NCBI GenBank assembly: GCA_002269645.1
Contig: NIVC01000419.1
Coordinates: forward strand, 496,001 to 560,000
From: Macrostomum lignano
Lineage: Eukaryota
Length of the DNA stretch: 64,000 nucleotides
Direction of reading: 5' to 3'
The translations under genes and the position numbers were made by a program. Shown piece after piece: positions 38,707-53,950 of the stretch (position 1 is its first letter; every line of letters begins with the position of its first letter). Below the pieces are notes generated by a model. The model was given only the letters and a program-made list of their open reading frames with translations. It was not told the DNA's origin and searched no databases.

Positions 38707-41700
38707 TCATCGTCTGAAATAGCTGGACGTCAGGGCGATTGCTATTGACACCGCTGACACCGTCAGCAGCAGAGCCATCGACTGCCACACACCGCTGCTG
38801 GAGAACAGGCCGGAGCCTCCGCTGCCCGCCTGGTCCCCACCCGTCTCCTGGTAGAACCTTATCAGGCCGTACTAAACAGGTGGAATAGCGGGTTTGACTG
38901 ACTGACTGACTGACTGACTGACTGACTGACTGACTGACTGACTGGCTGACTGGCTGACTGACTGACTGACTAACAGACTGACTGACTGACTGACTGACTG
39001 ACTAACTAACTAACAGACAGACTGACTGACTGACTGACTGACTGACTGACTGGCTGACTGACTTACTGACTGACTGGCTGACTGACTGACTGACTGACTG
39101 ACTGACTGACTGACTGACTGACTGTGACTGACTGACTGACTGACTGACTGACTAACTAACTAACAGACTGACTGACTGACTGACTGACTGACTGACTGAC
39201 TGACTGACTGACTGACTGACTGACTGACTGACTGACTGACTGACTGACTGACTGACTGACTGACTGACTGGCTGACTGACTGACTGACTGACTGGCTGAC
39301 TGACTGACTGACTGACTGACTGGCTGACTGACTGACTGACTGACTGACTGACTGACTGACTGACTGACTGACTGACTGACTGTGACTGACTGACTGACTG
39401 ACTGACTGTGACTGACTGACTGACTAACCTGACTTAATACAGCTTCAACCTTCAAACCATAACTCTCAGAGTCAGAAACAAAAAACATTTGAAGCTTTTA
39501 CAGAAATTTTTTACTGCTAACAAAGCTTATCTCGTTTAACCATGTTTTTAAAAGTCCAGCTTTAGTCCTATCTTATAAACAAGATTATAAACCAGGCAGA
39601 CAGGACAGAGAAGACACAGTATGTATGTAATTTAGTATCGATTTGCAAGCTATATGCATTTCTTAGCCAGAAAATTAAGCCCTTGTCGCATGCGAATGGA
39701 GATTACAATTATAGCATATAGATTTAGTTGGTTCGTTGGCTCAAATTAATACCCCTGTATCACATTACGGTACCCTGGAATTCTAGCCGCATAGATCATG
39801 TAGACTGTTTTGCATACAAGGAACCGAAATTCAATACCACTTTGCTTGTGTGGGCTAAATATGACACTATAGTCTATACTAAGTTAAATTTGCGTTTAAC
39901 ACCCAGACACTCCAAAGATAGGTAGATCATCAATCTTTTTTAGAAACATTTTAGAGACATTGTTTGTTTTATAAAGATATATTTAGTATACGAGAAACTA
40001 TATATATGATTTCCATATATGTGTAGGAAAATGTTCGGAATTTGGCAACAATAATGAATGCTATCAGGGACTGACCGATCAGAGAAAAAGAGAGATCGAA
40101 GTGACAGACAGAGATCAGAGAGAAGTGACAGACAGAGATCAGAGAGAAGTGACAGACAGAGATCAGAGAGAAGTGACAGACAGAGATCAGAGAGAAGTGA
40201 CAGACAGAGATCAGAGAGAAGTGACAGACAGAGATCAGAGAGAAGTGACAGACAGAGATCAGAGAGAAGTGACAGTCAGAGATCACAGATCAGAGTGAAG
40301 TGACAGTCAGAGATCAGAGAGAAGTGACAGACAGAGATCAGAGAGAAGTGACAGACAGAGATCAGAGAGAAGTGACAGACAGAGATCAGAGAGAAGTGAC
40401 AGACAGAGATCAGAGAGAAGTGACAGACAGAGATCAGAGTGAAGTGACAGACAGAGATCAGAGTGACATCAAAGACTACAAGAGAGTGCCAGAGGTCAGA
40501 CAGTGAAAAAATTAGAGAGTGAACTCACCCAGCCTTGGTTCTTCCGCACCCATTGCCACAGGTGCTGATCTATAAATTCGGCCACCCACTGCTGGACAGC
40601 CTCGGACAGTTCCGGCCGGCCCTCCGACAGGCACTTGTCGCAGATTTCTTTAGTCAGTACGAAAACGGCAATGATGCGGCCCCAGTGAATATTGTCGTCA
40701 TAGAACAGGGTCTCCAATTCTCGGGTAACTGACTCGCGGATCGTAGCTGGTTCGGTGTCCAGTCTGTAAAAATAGTTTGGGAACAGGGGAGCCTGAAGGA
40801 CAGGAACATGGGAGTCTGAAGGGCAGGAACAGAGGAACCTAACGGACAGGAACAGAGGAACCTGAAGGACAGGAACAGGGGAACCTAACGGACAGGAACA
40901 GGGGAACCTAACGGACCGGAACAGGGGAACCTAACGGACAGGAACAGGGGAACCTAACGGACAGGAACAGAGGAACCTGAAGGACAGGAACAGGGGAACC
41001 TAACGGACAGGAACAGGGGAACCTAACGGACCGGAATAGGGGAACCTAACGGACCGGAGCAGGGGAACCTAACGGACAGGAACAGAGGAACCTGAAGGAC
41101 AGGAACAGGGGAACCTAACGGACAGGAACAGGGGAACCTAACGGACCGGAATAGGGGAACCTAACGGACCGGAACAGGGGAACCTAACGGACAGGAACAG
41201 GGGAACCTAACGGACAGGAACAGGGGAACCTAACGGACCGGAATAGGGGAACCTAACGGACCGGAACAGGGGAACCTAACGGACAGGAACAGGGGAACCT
41301 AACGGACAGGAACATGGTAGCTTGAAGGCAGAAACATAGGAGCCTAAAGACAGGTGTCCCTAAACTGAACATCTGAAGGACAGGGAGCCCCTGAAATTGA
41401 AATGAACCTATGAAGGACAGAGTATCCCTGAACTTAACAGTTAAAGGGCAGGGGGCACTTGAACAAAGGAGGTAACTCAGCAATAGAATCTATAAAGCAA
41501 ATGAGAAACAAACCTGGAACTAAAACTATCGAATCTTCCGTGCAGCCGATCCTCAAATTCGTCGCACAATTTAAACAGTACCGTCTCCAGTTCCGCGGTT
41601 CGTGCACTTTTAATTACGTCCAGACTGATTGCCGGCCGAGACCAAGCCGAAGATCTAGGCGCGTTCTCGTTCAACGGGGACAGAGCGAATGGAGAGACGT

Positions 41701-42253
41701 AAGCTGGCGAAGCGCCATAGAGGCCGGATATCCCGGAAGCTGACGAGGCTGACAGATAGCCAGAACTTGCCTGGCTACTATCTATAGAGTCTCGCTGAAC
41801 AACTGGAGCTTGAGCCTGATAATGAGGCTGCTGAAGCTGAGGCGGCCTGATCAGACTCTGCTCAACTGACTGAGTCTCGACTGGCGAATAAGATCTGGTG
41901 CTGTCACTGTTGCTTCTGTCGTAGCCTACGGGACCATTGCTACTGTTGCCAACTAATATGTTATTATTATTCCCAATACCACTGCTTCTATAGCTACTGT
42001 TATTGCTGCTGCTGCTGCTTCTAGCAGAGCCATTAAAATGATTGTTAGTAGACCGTCCATTAGTTCTTGAGCAAAGCTGTTTGATTAAATGTGCAGTGAG
42101 CTGCTTGTTGCAATAGACGGTATCGTCTGGAGTAGCAGGCGGAGGTGATTCCTCTTGTTCTTGGTCTTCTTCCGTGTCGCTGCCGCCAAACTGGTCATTG
42201 TTGCTTTCATCGTCAATAGGCATTGCAGTCGCGTAGGTTGTAGCGGCCGTCAT
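38707..42253 (-). CDS. Bcl-2 family apoptosis regulator with long N-terminal low-complexity region, 3 exons, 379 aa
   Basis: Exons 42253-41514, 40763-40529, 38871-38707; phases match, sum 1140 nt. BH3-like LFKLCDEFE, BH1 LFYDDNIHWGRIIAVF, BH2 WVRKNQGW|YGLIRFY, C-terminal TM (WQSMALLLTVSAVSIAIALTSSYFRR). Exon 3 is absent from the ORF track. The exon 1 donor GTTTGT was chosen by phase. Confidence 0.9.
38896..39426 (+). repeat. (GACT)n microsatellite, Bcl-2 intron 2
   Basis: Read directly. Confidence 0.96.
40090..40465 (+). repeat. 24-bp tandem array (AGAGATCAGAGAGAAGTGACAGAC), Bcl-2 intron 2
   Basis: 8-aa periodicity TDRDQREV. Confidence 0.93.
40790..41315 (+). repeat. 23-bp tandem array (AACAGGGGAACCTAACGGACAGG), Bcl-2 intron 1
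   Basis: GGACAGG at 40867 and 40890. Confidence 0.93.
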
Positions 42254-44149
42254 TGCTGATCTAATAAAACCGCTTTATGCTTTTTACTCTAAATAATATA
42301 ATATATATAGTCTCAAGACGAGAGTTGATTAAGCTTCCGGTAATCTTGTTTTAATATCTTTCCTTTTTTTCCTCTTTGCCTGCCCCTCGGATCGATCGAT
42401 TCTTCTTCTTCGACTTCTCTGTTGCTCTTAGAATAGACAGTAAGCAGTATTATATTGCTTATCTATCAGCAGTCAAAGGCCTTTTTATGCTTTCCAAGTT
42501 TCAAATTAATTGCGTCAAGGCGCTCCCTTCGTCTTTTTGATCCTCGTCTCGTCTCTGGACTCTTGAGTCTCACTTGATTCTCTTAGTCTCGCACTCGTAA
42601 GTCCTCTCGTAGTCTGTGTGCTGCTGATTATCCTCTTTCTTTTCTTTAGCTTACTATACAAAACGCCTGTCGACTCTTGTTTCTATATCAAGCTTAGCTA
42701 GTTGAAACACAAACAGAAACAAAGAAGCCTTTTATTACCTGTCTAACTAAAAATATGAAGGAAGCTATTTTTAAAAGTAACTGTATATGTCTTAATCTAT
42801 TACGTACTGATCTATCTGATCGCTGGCTTTTTAGTAAAAAAGGAGTTGCAGGGCTTTGCCAGTTAGTCTAGAACTGAACCAGGACAAGGCGCTTACGTAC
42901 GATTTTACTAGTAAAGTCAAGGGGAGGGTTGGGAAACCCTCTATGCCACTGGGGGGGCTTCACTTGGCAAGCGTCTCACAGGCTGAGAGCTTTTAGAGTG
43001 CTTGCAAATGTAAGGAATTTTAGTTTCTCTCTCCCCCAGTGTACACCGACTGAATTGAATGTACACTGGGGCTGATTATGTACGTTTCAACCTTCCTCTA
43101 TAAAACTTGCCCCGCGGGCCGCCGTCCGCCAGCATCAAACCTCTCTATCGTAACCCTCAGCCCAACACACCCCCGCTCAACCCCACCCCGCCCGCTCTCA
43201 CGGACCGGCACCCCAGTGGTATTTATTGAACAAGAAATATACGCAACTTAATTCGTGGCCTAGCATTAGCTAGCTTTAGCCGCCCAACTGCTATGTACCT
43301 TGTAGTGTAGGCACTAAAGTGTTGAAATATATAGAGCCCTCGGCCCACCCACACATTTTTGCGGTTTGGTGTATCGTGTTGTTTTTGCGTGCTTGCGCGC
43401 TCGCGCTTTCTAGCTCTATAATATATTATATTAATTCTGTTTTGCTGGGCGAGGCCTTTCGTTTCGTCCAATTCGAATACACAAACGGGCTTGCTTTGTG
43501 GCGAGGTTGAGAAAATGTTCTTGAATGAACGCTTGCGGTGGTGGCATGAAGTACAATTGCGCCTGTTGAGATTGAGCAACCAACCCCCAAAGGGTAAATT
43601 ATACGGACCAAAATTTAAATTAATGACTAGGGGACGAAGTTTTTCTCACAAAAAAACATTCATTCCATTCTTCATTAAACGAAACAGCTACTGAATGGAG
43701 CGTAGCTGAGTGGGAGGTTGTCAAGAATAGAAGAGTATAATACAGCGCAAACATTGCCATATCTTATTCTGTAGATTTATACCTTATGCAGCTAAATTTG
43801 TCTTATTTAGGCACACTACTAGCTTAGCTATATAAAATGAAAAACTATTAAGCCTCATTTAGCTTCATTCAGCTGCCTCTCTTCATCTCCACCCACGCAA
43901 TTAGGCTAATGCATAAATTAATATGGAACGGCTTTTAGTTTAGCAAAATACTGGCACTGTCACTGTCATGTTATTCCATCATTTAGACGAAAGAACTGCT
44001 AAAAATATTGAACAAGACAAGACAATTAAACAAACCTTTTTTGTTTTTGTAATTTTATTCTATAATCTTAATTAGTGCACGATTTTTTAGTGAACGCGTT
44101 GTGGTATTTAGAAAAATATATAAATTTAAAAAATTGGTTTGCTAAGATC

Positions 44150-44735
44150 CACATGTAAGAATGCACATTCTCCCAATTTTATAACATGTAGGATGTACAT
44201 CCTTCAAATGCATCAGATGCGGAATGTTATACGTTTTCCCAATTTATCAGATGTAGGATGTACATCCTCCCAATATACATCAGATGCGGAATGTACATCC
44301 TCCGAATCTATCAGATGCGGAATGTAGATTATCCCAGTCCAAATCTATCAGATACGGAATGGTACGTTCTCCCAACTTATCAGATCCGGAATATGACGTT
44401 CTCTCAGTCCCAATCTATCAGATTCGATAATTACAATCTCCCAACCTATCAGATACGATATGTACAATCTCCCAATCTATCAGATGCAGAATGTACATTC
44501 TCCCAATCTATTCTATCAGATACGGAATGTACATTCTCCCAATTTATCCTATCAGATACGGAATGTACATTCTCCCAATCTATCCTATCAGATACGGAAT
44601 GTGCATTCTACCAATTTATCAGATGCAGAATGTACATTCTCCCAATTTATCAGATACGGAATGTACATTCTCCCAATTTATCAGATACGGAATGTACATT
44701 CTCCCAATTTATCAGATGCGGAATGTACATTCTCT
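44150..44735 (+). repeat. 31-bp (some 39-bp) tandem array (ATCAGATACGGAATGTACATTCTCCCAATTT)
   Basis: Read directly; degenerate at the 5' side. Confidence 0.9.
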
Positions 44736-45515
44736 TGTGCAGAGAAAGATCAGCAACAAGACACTCCTAGACCTGAAAAACTTCTCTAAGATTGACAGCC
44801 ATTTTTTCAGAGTAAAGAAACAATTTGCATACAGTTTGCTAGTTTGCTGAATGCAAATTAGCAAAGCAGTGATATTCTACATGTTTACCAAGCAGCATAT
44901 GCTTCAGCCAATTCTTTAACATAAGAATGTCCTACATTCAACTAACGAAAAAATGTTTAAAAACAGAATACAAACAATTTGAAAATTAGCGTTGTTATTC
45001 TATGTTGAACAATCTGAATAAAAAGGGATAGGTAAGGGGTTTAATGGCAATTTTTATGCGTTAAGGCTGAAAGCGAATTTGGGATTTCTTATATACTTAG
45101 TTACTGTGTATTTATCGTATTAAATAATATCATAGTTTATATATCTGGGAAAAATATAATTTCAAACAAGATGATTAGGCTTGTCTTGACAATAAACTTT
45201 TAAGCACAATTTTGAGTTGTTACAACTGAAACTTATTATTTTAACTTCTAATTTATAGTACTTATTATTTTGCAATCCTAAACTGGTTAGTGTTGCGAAT
45301 TCAGACAGCCAAGTCTGTTAACTGACTAGTTGCTTTCAACAACTCAACAAACAATTTCTTTTATCAAAATAAAATAAAAAGAAGACACAGAATAACTAGA
45401 CAATTGAAAACTGCAATAAATAATTCGAGTAAGAAATTTACAGCTTAAAAAGCGTTTAAAGCAATAAATATCTGCGCTACACTGTTCTAGTAATCCCCTA
45501 GCCGTGTCCTTCTCT

Positions 45516-45813
45516 AATAATAATAATAATTGATTACACCTGCCCCAATTGGGCCAGATGTGCAACCGACAGCTCAGCCGCAGCTATTTGCGCAGCGCAT
45601 CTGCGTACGGCTGTTCAGTCCAAGGACTGGGGGGTCGCCGCACACAGCCTCAATTACCCCAGCTAATGCTGGCACCCATTTTACAGCTGGGTGAACTGAA
45701 GCAGTGCAGAGTTAAGTGACTTGCTCAAGGACACAAATTGTTCCAGCGGGACCGGGAATCGAACCCCCGACCTTCAAGTCGTGAGTCCGACGCTCTGACC
45801 ACTGGGCTACAAC
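45516..45813 (-). mobile_element. tRNA-derived SINE with CORE-like domain
   Basis: Minus strand: A box TAGCCCAGTGG, B box GGTTCGATTCCC, then GTGTCCTTGAGCAAGTCACTTAAC..CAG..CTGTAAAATGGG resembling the MIR/CORE consensus, (ATT)n tail; 8-bp TSD CCTTCTCT at 45508-45515 and 45814-45821. Confidence 0.85.
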
Positions 45814-46959
45814 CCTTCTCTGCTAACCACCCAAAACCTGCAATAGCTGTTAACAATAATGTATAAGCCTATAAATAACAATAAAAATTTAGATAGTAAA
45901 CTTTGCTTCAATTTCTACTATGAGTAGAGTGGGACAATATTTGAACATCAATGGCAACAAAAAGCCATGTACGAATATGTGCATAAGTAACTGAAAGGAA
46001 ACACAATTTACAGATAGCAATATAGATAGGAGTTTGATTGTGGCATAACTAAAACTGGGGACAATATAAAATTATAGATAACTAATTACGAGTAAGAACC
46101 ATGCTTTAGCCAGTGAGTAAAAATCAGATAAAATATTGTCCGAAGTGCTTTCATCATATCAATGGTTAGAAAAATATTACCTCGTCATGGTGTCCTGTGA
46201 ATTTAATATAAATAATTAAAAGACTTTCAATTGCTACAAAGCATTGAACACGATTATATTATGGCGACTCGGTAGATTGCAATATTGTGTGTGTACTGTT
46301 CCTATTAGCAGGATTGCGAATTGCGGACACAATAACAAATAAAAGTACACACAAAAGTACACACGCCAAAGGGCGAGCAATCGTTTAAAAACATTGGTAC
46401 AATTTTTTGCAGCTTAAGCAAAAATAATATTTAGTTTGCACAATAAAAAACACACAAAAAGTATTCCCATTTATACATATTGCACCCAATATTGTATAAA
46501 CAAGCAATCAAAATCAAAATCGTATAGGAAAACTACTTATAGTAGCCGGAGAGATTATTTAAAGTAGAAAATACTTGCGGAAAATTGAAAACGGAGCGAG
46601 TAAGGGTCAAGAAGGCTGCTTACATAGCTAGTAGCATATATATTTAGCATATAAAGATAAACATAACTTAAAAAGCAGAATTGTAGGAAATATGACTTTC
46701 ATGTAAATAGAATACACTACTCAGTAACAAGTAGGCATGAGTAACTTCATGTATAATAATAATAATAAAACAATAAAACAAAGCGAAGCGCATTATGGCA
46801 ATAAAGGAACGGGCAAAGATGCAAATTGTACACTACTGTGATTATTCATTACTATAAGTAGGATGGGTGGCAGTAAGCACTTTATTGTATTGTAATTTTG
46901 TACCTTAGCAAGGAACAGATGCATAGCATTTTACTGATCCTATCCAGAGTGCTTAGAGT

Positions 46960-47727
46960 ATTATCCCAGTCTGTAGTGTAGTGTCTGTAACAGGGAGTTA
47001 TCCCAGTCTGTAGTGTCTGTAACAGGGAGTTATCCCAGTCTGTAGTGTAGTGTCTGTAACAGGGAGTTATCCTAGTCTGTAGTGTAGTGTCTGTAACAGG
47101 GAGTTATCCCAGTCTGTAGTGTAGTGTCTGTAACAGGGAGTTATCCTAGTCTGTAGTGTCTGTAACAGGGAGTTATCCTAGTCTGTAGTGTCTGTAACAG
47201 GGAGTTATCCCAGTCTGTAGTGTAGTGTCTGTAACAGGGAGTTATCCCAGTCTGTAGTGTCTGTAACAGGGAGTTATCCTAGTCTGTAGTGTCTGTAACA
47301 GGGAGTTATCCTAGTCTGTAGTGTCTGTAACAGGGAGTTATCCCAGTCTGTAGTGTCTGTAACAGGGAGTTATCCTAGTCTGTACTGTCTGTAACAGGGA
47401 GTTATCCTAGTCTGTAGTGTCTGTAACAGGGAGTTATCCTAGTCTGTACTGTCTGTAACAGGGAGTTATCCTAGTCTGTAGTGTCTGTAACAGGGAGTTA
47501 TCCCAGTCTGTAGTGTCTGTAACAGGGAGTTATCCTAGTCTGTAGTGTCTGTAACAGGGAGTTATCCTAGTCTGTAGTGTCTGTAACAGGGAGTTATCCT
47601 AGTCTGTAGTGTCTGTAACAGGGAGTTATCCTAGTCTGTAGTGTCTGTAACAGGGAGTTATCCTAGTCTGTAGTGTCTGTAACAGGGAGTTATCCTAGTC
47701 TGTAGTGTCTGTAACAGGGAGTTATCC
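46960..47727 (+). repeat. 32-bp (some 37-bp) tandem array (GTCTGTAGTGTCTGTAACAGGGAGTTATCCTA) downstream of Rab10
   Basis: Read directly. Confidence 0.95.
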
Positions 47728-47988
47728 CGCTATTATATTAAAGTACACTGCCATATTAAAGCACAACAAGGGACCCAGAAACTCGTATTGGAAGCAAAAA
47801 AGTTATTAAAACAAGACAAGAGTTAAGCACGCATATATAAGAATCAAAACATTTAGCCAATCTACTAAAGTCCATATATCTCACTATTACAAGGGCCATA
47901 GAAGTATTATCATAAACATTTAACAGTTATAGTTGTTACAATATTGAACGCGCTCATCAAGCTCAAGCAGGGCTCTCGAGTCTCTCTC

Positions 47989-50091
<2,103 letters not shown>

Positions 50092-51055
50092 GTTTCTGTA
50101 GTCTGCAATTGTAGCAGTTCAATTATAATTATACTTTTAATGCTTCAATAGTTATAACTGAAAGTATAAAAATCACTTCAATCCATACATCTAATTGCTG
50201 TTAATAAAGTGTAAAAGTGCTATTAAAACTTAAAAAATTAAACTCTAAAACTAACTAAAATTATTTGAGAATGTATTTATAACACAAAACCAGGTTTGAT
50301 TAGAATCAAATAATTTAGTATGAATGAAAATCCACTACTGTAACGCTTTAGTCATTTAATTTAAGTTTACAGTAATTAAGGTTCCATATTTCTTTTTAAA
50401 GAGAATAAAAACGGATCAATTTGCATTTTTGGTCACATTTTTGGTCAGAATCAAGTTACACAGCCAATGTAATTTTAGAGTTTGCACATATAGCCTGTAT
50501 TGTAGGCTTAGGCCTATTCAATAAGCCAAGGTTGAAGGAAGTGATTATTCATCTGATATTAGACAAATTTTGCTTTTTGTTCCTAACTGAGTACATTGAT
50601 TAGGACTTGGAACTTTGATCCTATCTGTGTCTTGCTATCTTAGCAATCTTTTTATGCTAAGAGGGTATGATAGATCCCTTTGTATACCAAGTTATATGCC
50701 AATAGTATATTCTAAGTCCCTTTGTATCCTAGAATTTTCTGGCATATATGTATACCCATCTAGAGTCTAGGTAATATGAACCAAAAATGAAGAAATTAGA
50801 CTATTAATAATAGTCACAATAGTTTTCCATAAATATAAAACTATATAACTATATAACTATTTAACACAAAACTGATATCCATGTTTTTACAAGGTAAAAA
50901 AATTGAAATTTTAACAAAAATTCACAATTTTTTGTATAGAGCCTATATAAAACTTTGTTTATACTTCTTATTTTCTTATTTCTTATCTTATTTCTTATTT
51001 TTAGTTTTTACCTTTATCTAGGCCAAATTTAAATTAAATATTACAATCACTAATA

Positions 51056-51650
51056 TCTCTACCTATAAAAATCAAAACTCTGTGTGTGTGTGTGTATGTG
51101 TGTGGACAATTTTGATCGCTATGGACTCCCAAACCGCTCAACCAAATGACACCAAACTTTACACCCACCCTAAACTTACTACGGAGAATGTCTTAGGCTA
51201 CCTTTTAATTTCCTAGACTCAAGTCTTCCTACCTAAAAGTACAAAAAACTGCTCAAAATGCGCAATTTTTTCACTAAATCCTCCATAGCGCCGCTCCACT
51301 TCTACCGATTCTCTTCAAATTTGACACAGATAATCTTAAACTATTTTGGCACAATCATGTAAAATTTCGAGTCTCAAAGTTAATCCTGAGCGGTGCTGTG
51401 CACTTTTAAAGTTAGGCTGTTTTTTTTCAGCGTAGCAACCACCCCAACCTCCACCCAGCTGCCCGATCTGGGCCCAGATGTGTACCGGTAAAAGGGGTTT
51501 CAAAATTGACCAACTTTCGGCTGCCATAAGTTTGCTCCACATGAAGCGATTGACTTAAAATTTGACACAATTCTTTATTGACTCATTCTCTATCTAAATG
51601 TAAAGTTTCAACTCTCTAACTCAATCAGAACAGAAACTGTAAGCATGTGA
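51056..51650 (+). mobile_element. Possible non-autonomous Helitron/DINE-like element
   Basis: A|TC start, CTATAAAAA, (GT)n tract, then repeated modules such as AAACCGCTCAACCAAATGACACCAAACTT, CCGATTCTCTTCAAATTTGACAC and GCGATTGACTTAAAATTTGACAC, resembling known HINE/Lep1-type layout. No clear 3' hairpin-CTRR end found. Confidence 0.4.
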
Positions 51651-52289
51651 AGTTTGTCTGCTTTTTCTGTTGTTTGTGCCGCTCACTCACTCATTCCCCC
51701 AGCTCAGACGAAGGGTCAGGCGATAGGGCTCAATGTACATAGCGAGTGTACAGTGTTTTGGAATAACTTTTTAATAGCCCTCTCTGTACCCCCGGAGAGG
51801 CGTGGAGAGGAGAGACAGTTTAGCGAGAGATTCAAACCACTGTCCTCTGTATAGACAAGTCTGCAGCAGTTTAACTGTGGATTGCAAATCAAGAGTCAAG
51901 ACAATGTGGGATGGTTTGTAAAAATAGCGAAAAACTAATGAATAACTGTTTACAATGCAATCCTACTAAATCAGTTAGTTACACCATGAAGCTTTTAACA
52001 TTAAGATCTGCATAAGGTAACTTTAAAATTTAAATGGCTTCTAAGAAATGCGTATTTCCTTGGTTGTTAGACTGCTGTAGAGTTCCAGCTGTGGTGGTGG
52101 AGCTGGAGATACACAAATTCCTCTCAGGGCTGCTAATTGGCCAGAAAGATGCCGTGATTAAAGCATGAGATGAGAAATGATAACAATGATAGTACTATGT
52201 CCCACAAACTGGCTTTCAAAGCAGGGATCGGCAGATTTTTACCTGAACGGCCAGATAAAGAATCCAGCTCATGGCTGCGGGCTAGATGA

Positions 52290-53950
52290 GAGTGAAAAGG
52301 AAAAGGAATAGACTATTAGAAAGGGAGGAAGGGCGAGAGGGGGATAAGAGAAAAGATAGAAGATATCAGGAGAGACGAGGGGGTGAGGAGAGAGCAGAGA
52401 ATATGGGAGGAAGAAGCGAGAGAAGGGGAGAGAGGAGGGAGAGGAAAGAGTAGAGGTGAGAAGAGGGAGAGAGAAGAATGGAGAGAGGAGACATGATCGA
52501 TGAGAGAGGAAAGTAGATAAGAGTGAGAAGAGATGAGAGATTAGAGAACAGAGAGGCAGATGAGAGAGGATCGAGAGGAGAGATTAGAAAGGATAGAGAA
52601 GAGAGGAGATAAGAGGGGGAGAGAGGAGAAGAGAGAGGAGTGAGAAGAGAGGAGATAAGAGATGAGAGAGTTGAGAAAGAAGACAGGAGAAAGGAGAGAT
52701 GATAGAGTAAAAGGAAGAGGAGGAGAGAGGAAAGGGATTATATTGCAGAGATGAGGGAGATGAAAGGAAAGATGAGAGAGTAGAGATGGGAGATGAAGGA
52801 AGAGAGAGCAGAATACAGAGAGACAAGAGAAGAGAATCTCTACTCTCTCATCTTTCCTTTCATCTCCCTCATCTCTGCAATATAATCTCTTTCCTCTCTC
52901 CTCCTCTTCCTTTAACTCTATCATCTCTCCTTTCTCCTGTCTTCTTTCTCAACTCTCTCATCTCTTATCTCCTCTCTCCTCACTCCTCTCTCTTCTCCTC
53001 TCTCCCCCTCTTATCTCCTCTCTTCTCTATAGAGGGGAGAGAGTATAGAAGAGGGAAGAGAAGAGTCGAGAAGAAAGAAGAAAGGAAAGAGAGTCCTGAG
53101 TCAAAAAATGGGAAAGAGAAGAATACAAGAGGAGAGAGGTGAGAGAACATATGAGAGTAAAAACGACAGATGACAGAAGGGAGATGAGATAGCGGAAGCG
53201 AGAGTCAACAGACGAGAGATAGGAGAGTAGAGAGAAAATAGGAGAGATAAGAAATAAGCGATGAGAGGTGGAGACAAGGGAGAGATGAGAAGTGAGTGAG
53301 GAGAGAGGAGGGGAGGGGAGAGAATCTGAGTGAGGAGAGAGGAGGGGAGGGGAGAGAATCTGAGTGAGGAGAGAGGATGGGAGGGGAGAGAATCTGAGTG
53401 AGGAGAGAGGATGGGAGGGGAGAGAATCTGAGTGAGGAGAGAGGATGGGAGGGGAGAGAATCTGAGTGAGGAGAGAGGATGGGAGGGGAGAGAATCGAGA
53501 GGCCAGGGGAAATTGGTGTAAAGGAGAAGATAGGAGAGGAAAGAGGGGAGAGATTAGAGAGAAGAGAGATGAGAGGAGAGAGTGGACAGAGGAGAGGAGA
53601 GAGTTGAGAGAGGAGAGGAAAAAGGAGAGAGGAGATATGAGGGAAGTGTTGAGAGAGAGTACAGTAAAGAGTGAGAAGAGGGGAGAGGGAACAGAGAGTA
53701 GAGAGCAGAGAGAAGAGAGAGCAGAGAAGAGAGAGTAGAGAGCAGAAAGAAATGAGAAGAGATAAAAGAGGAGAAAGGAGATTTTTGAGATCAAAGACCA
53801 GAAAGAAGAGAGGAGGAGAGAGAAAAGAATAGAGGGGAGAGGGAAGAGACGAGAGAAGAGGGGAGAGAGGAGAGGTGAGAGACGAGAGAGAAGATAGGAA
53901 ACAGAAGAGAAGATAGAAGTTTCAAAGGATACAAGGGACATGGGGAGAAG
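52290..53950 (+). repeat. Polypurine (GA-rich) low-complexity tract with an embedded inverted duplication and a 34-bp mini-array (about 53300-53495)
   Basis: Read directly; explains the Leu/Ser-rich ORFs. Confidence 0.9.

Noticed and set aside
45740-45813. tRNA gene (Val-CAC-like)
   Set aside because: The anticodon stem pairs poorly, and the unit continues into a CORE-like body with tail and TSD, so it is a SINE head.
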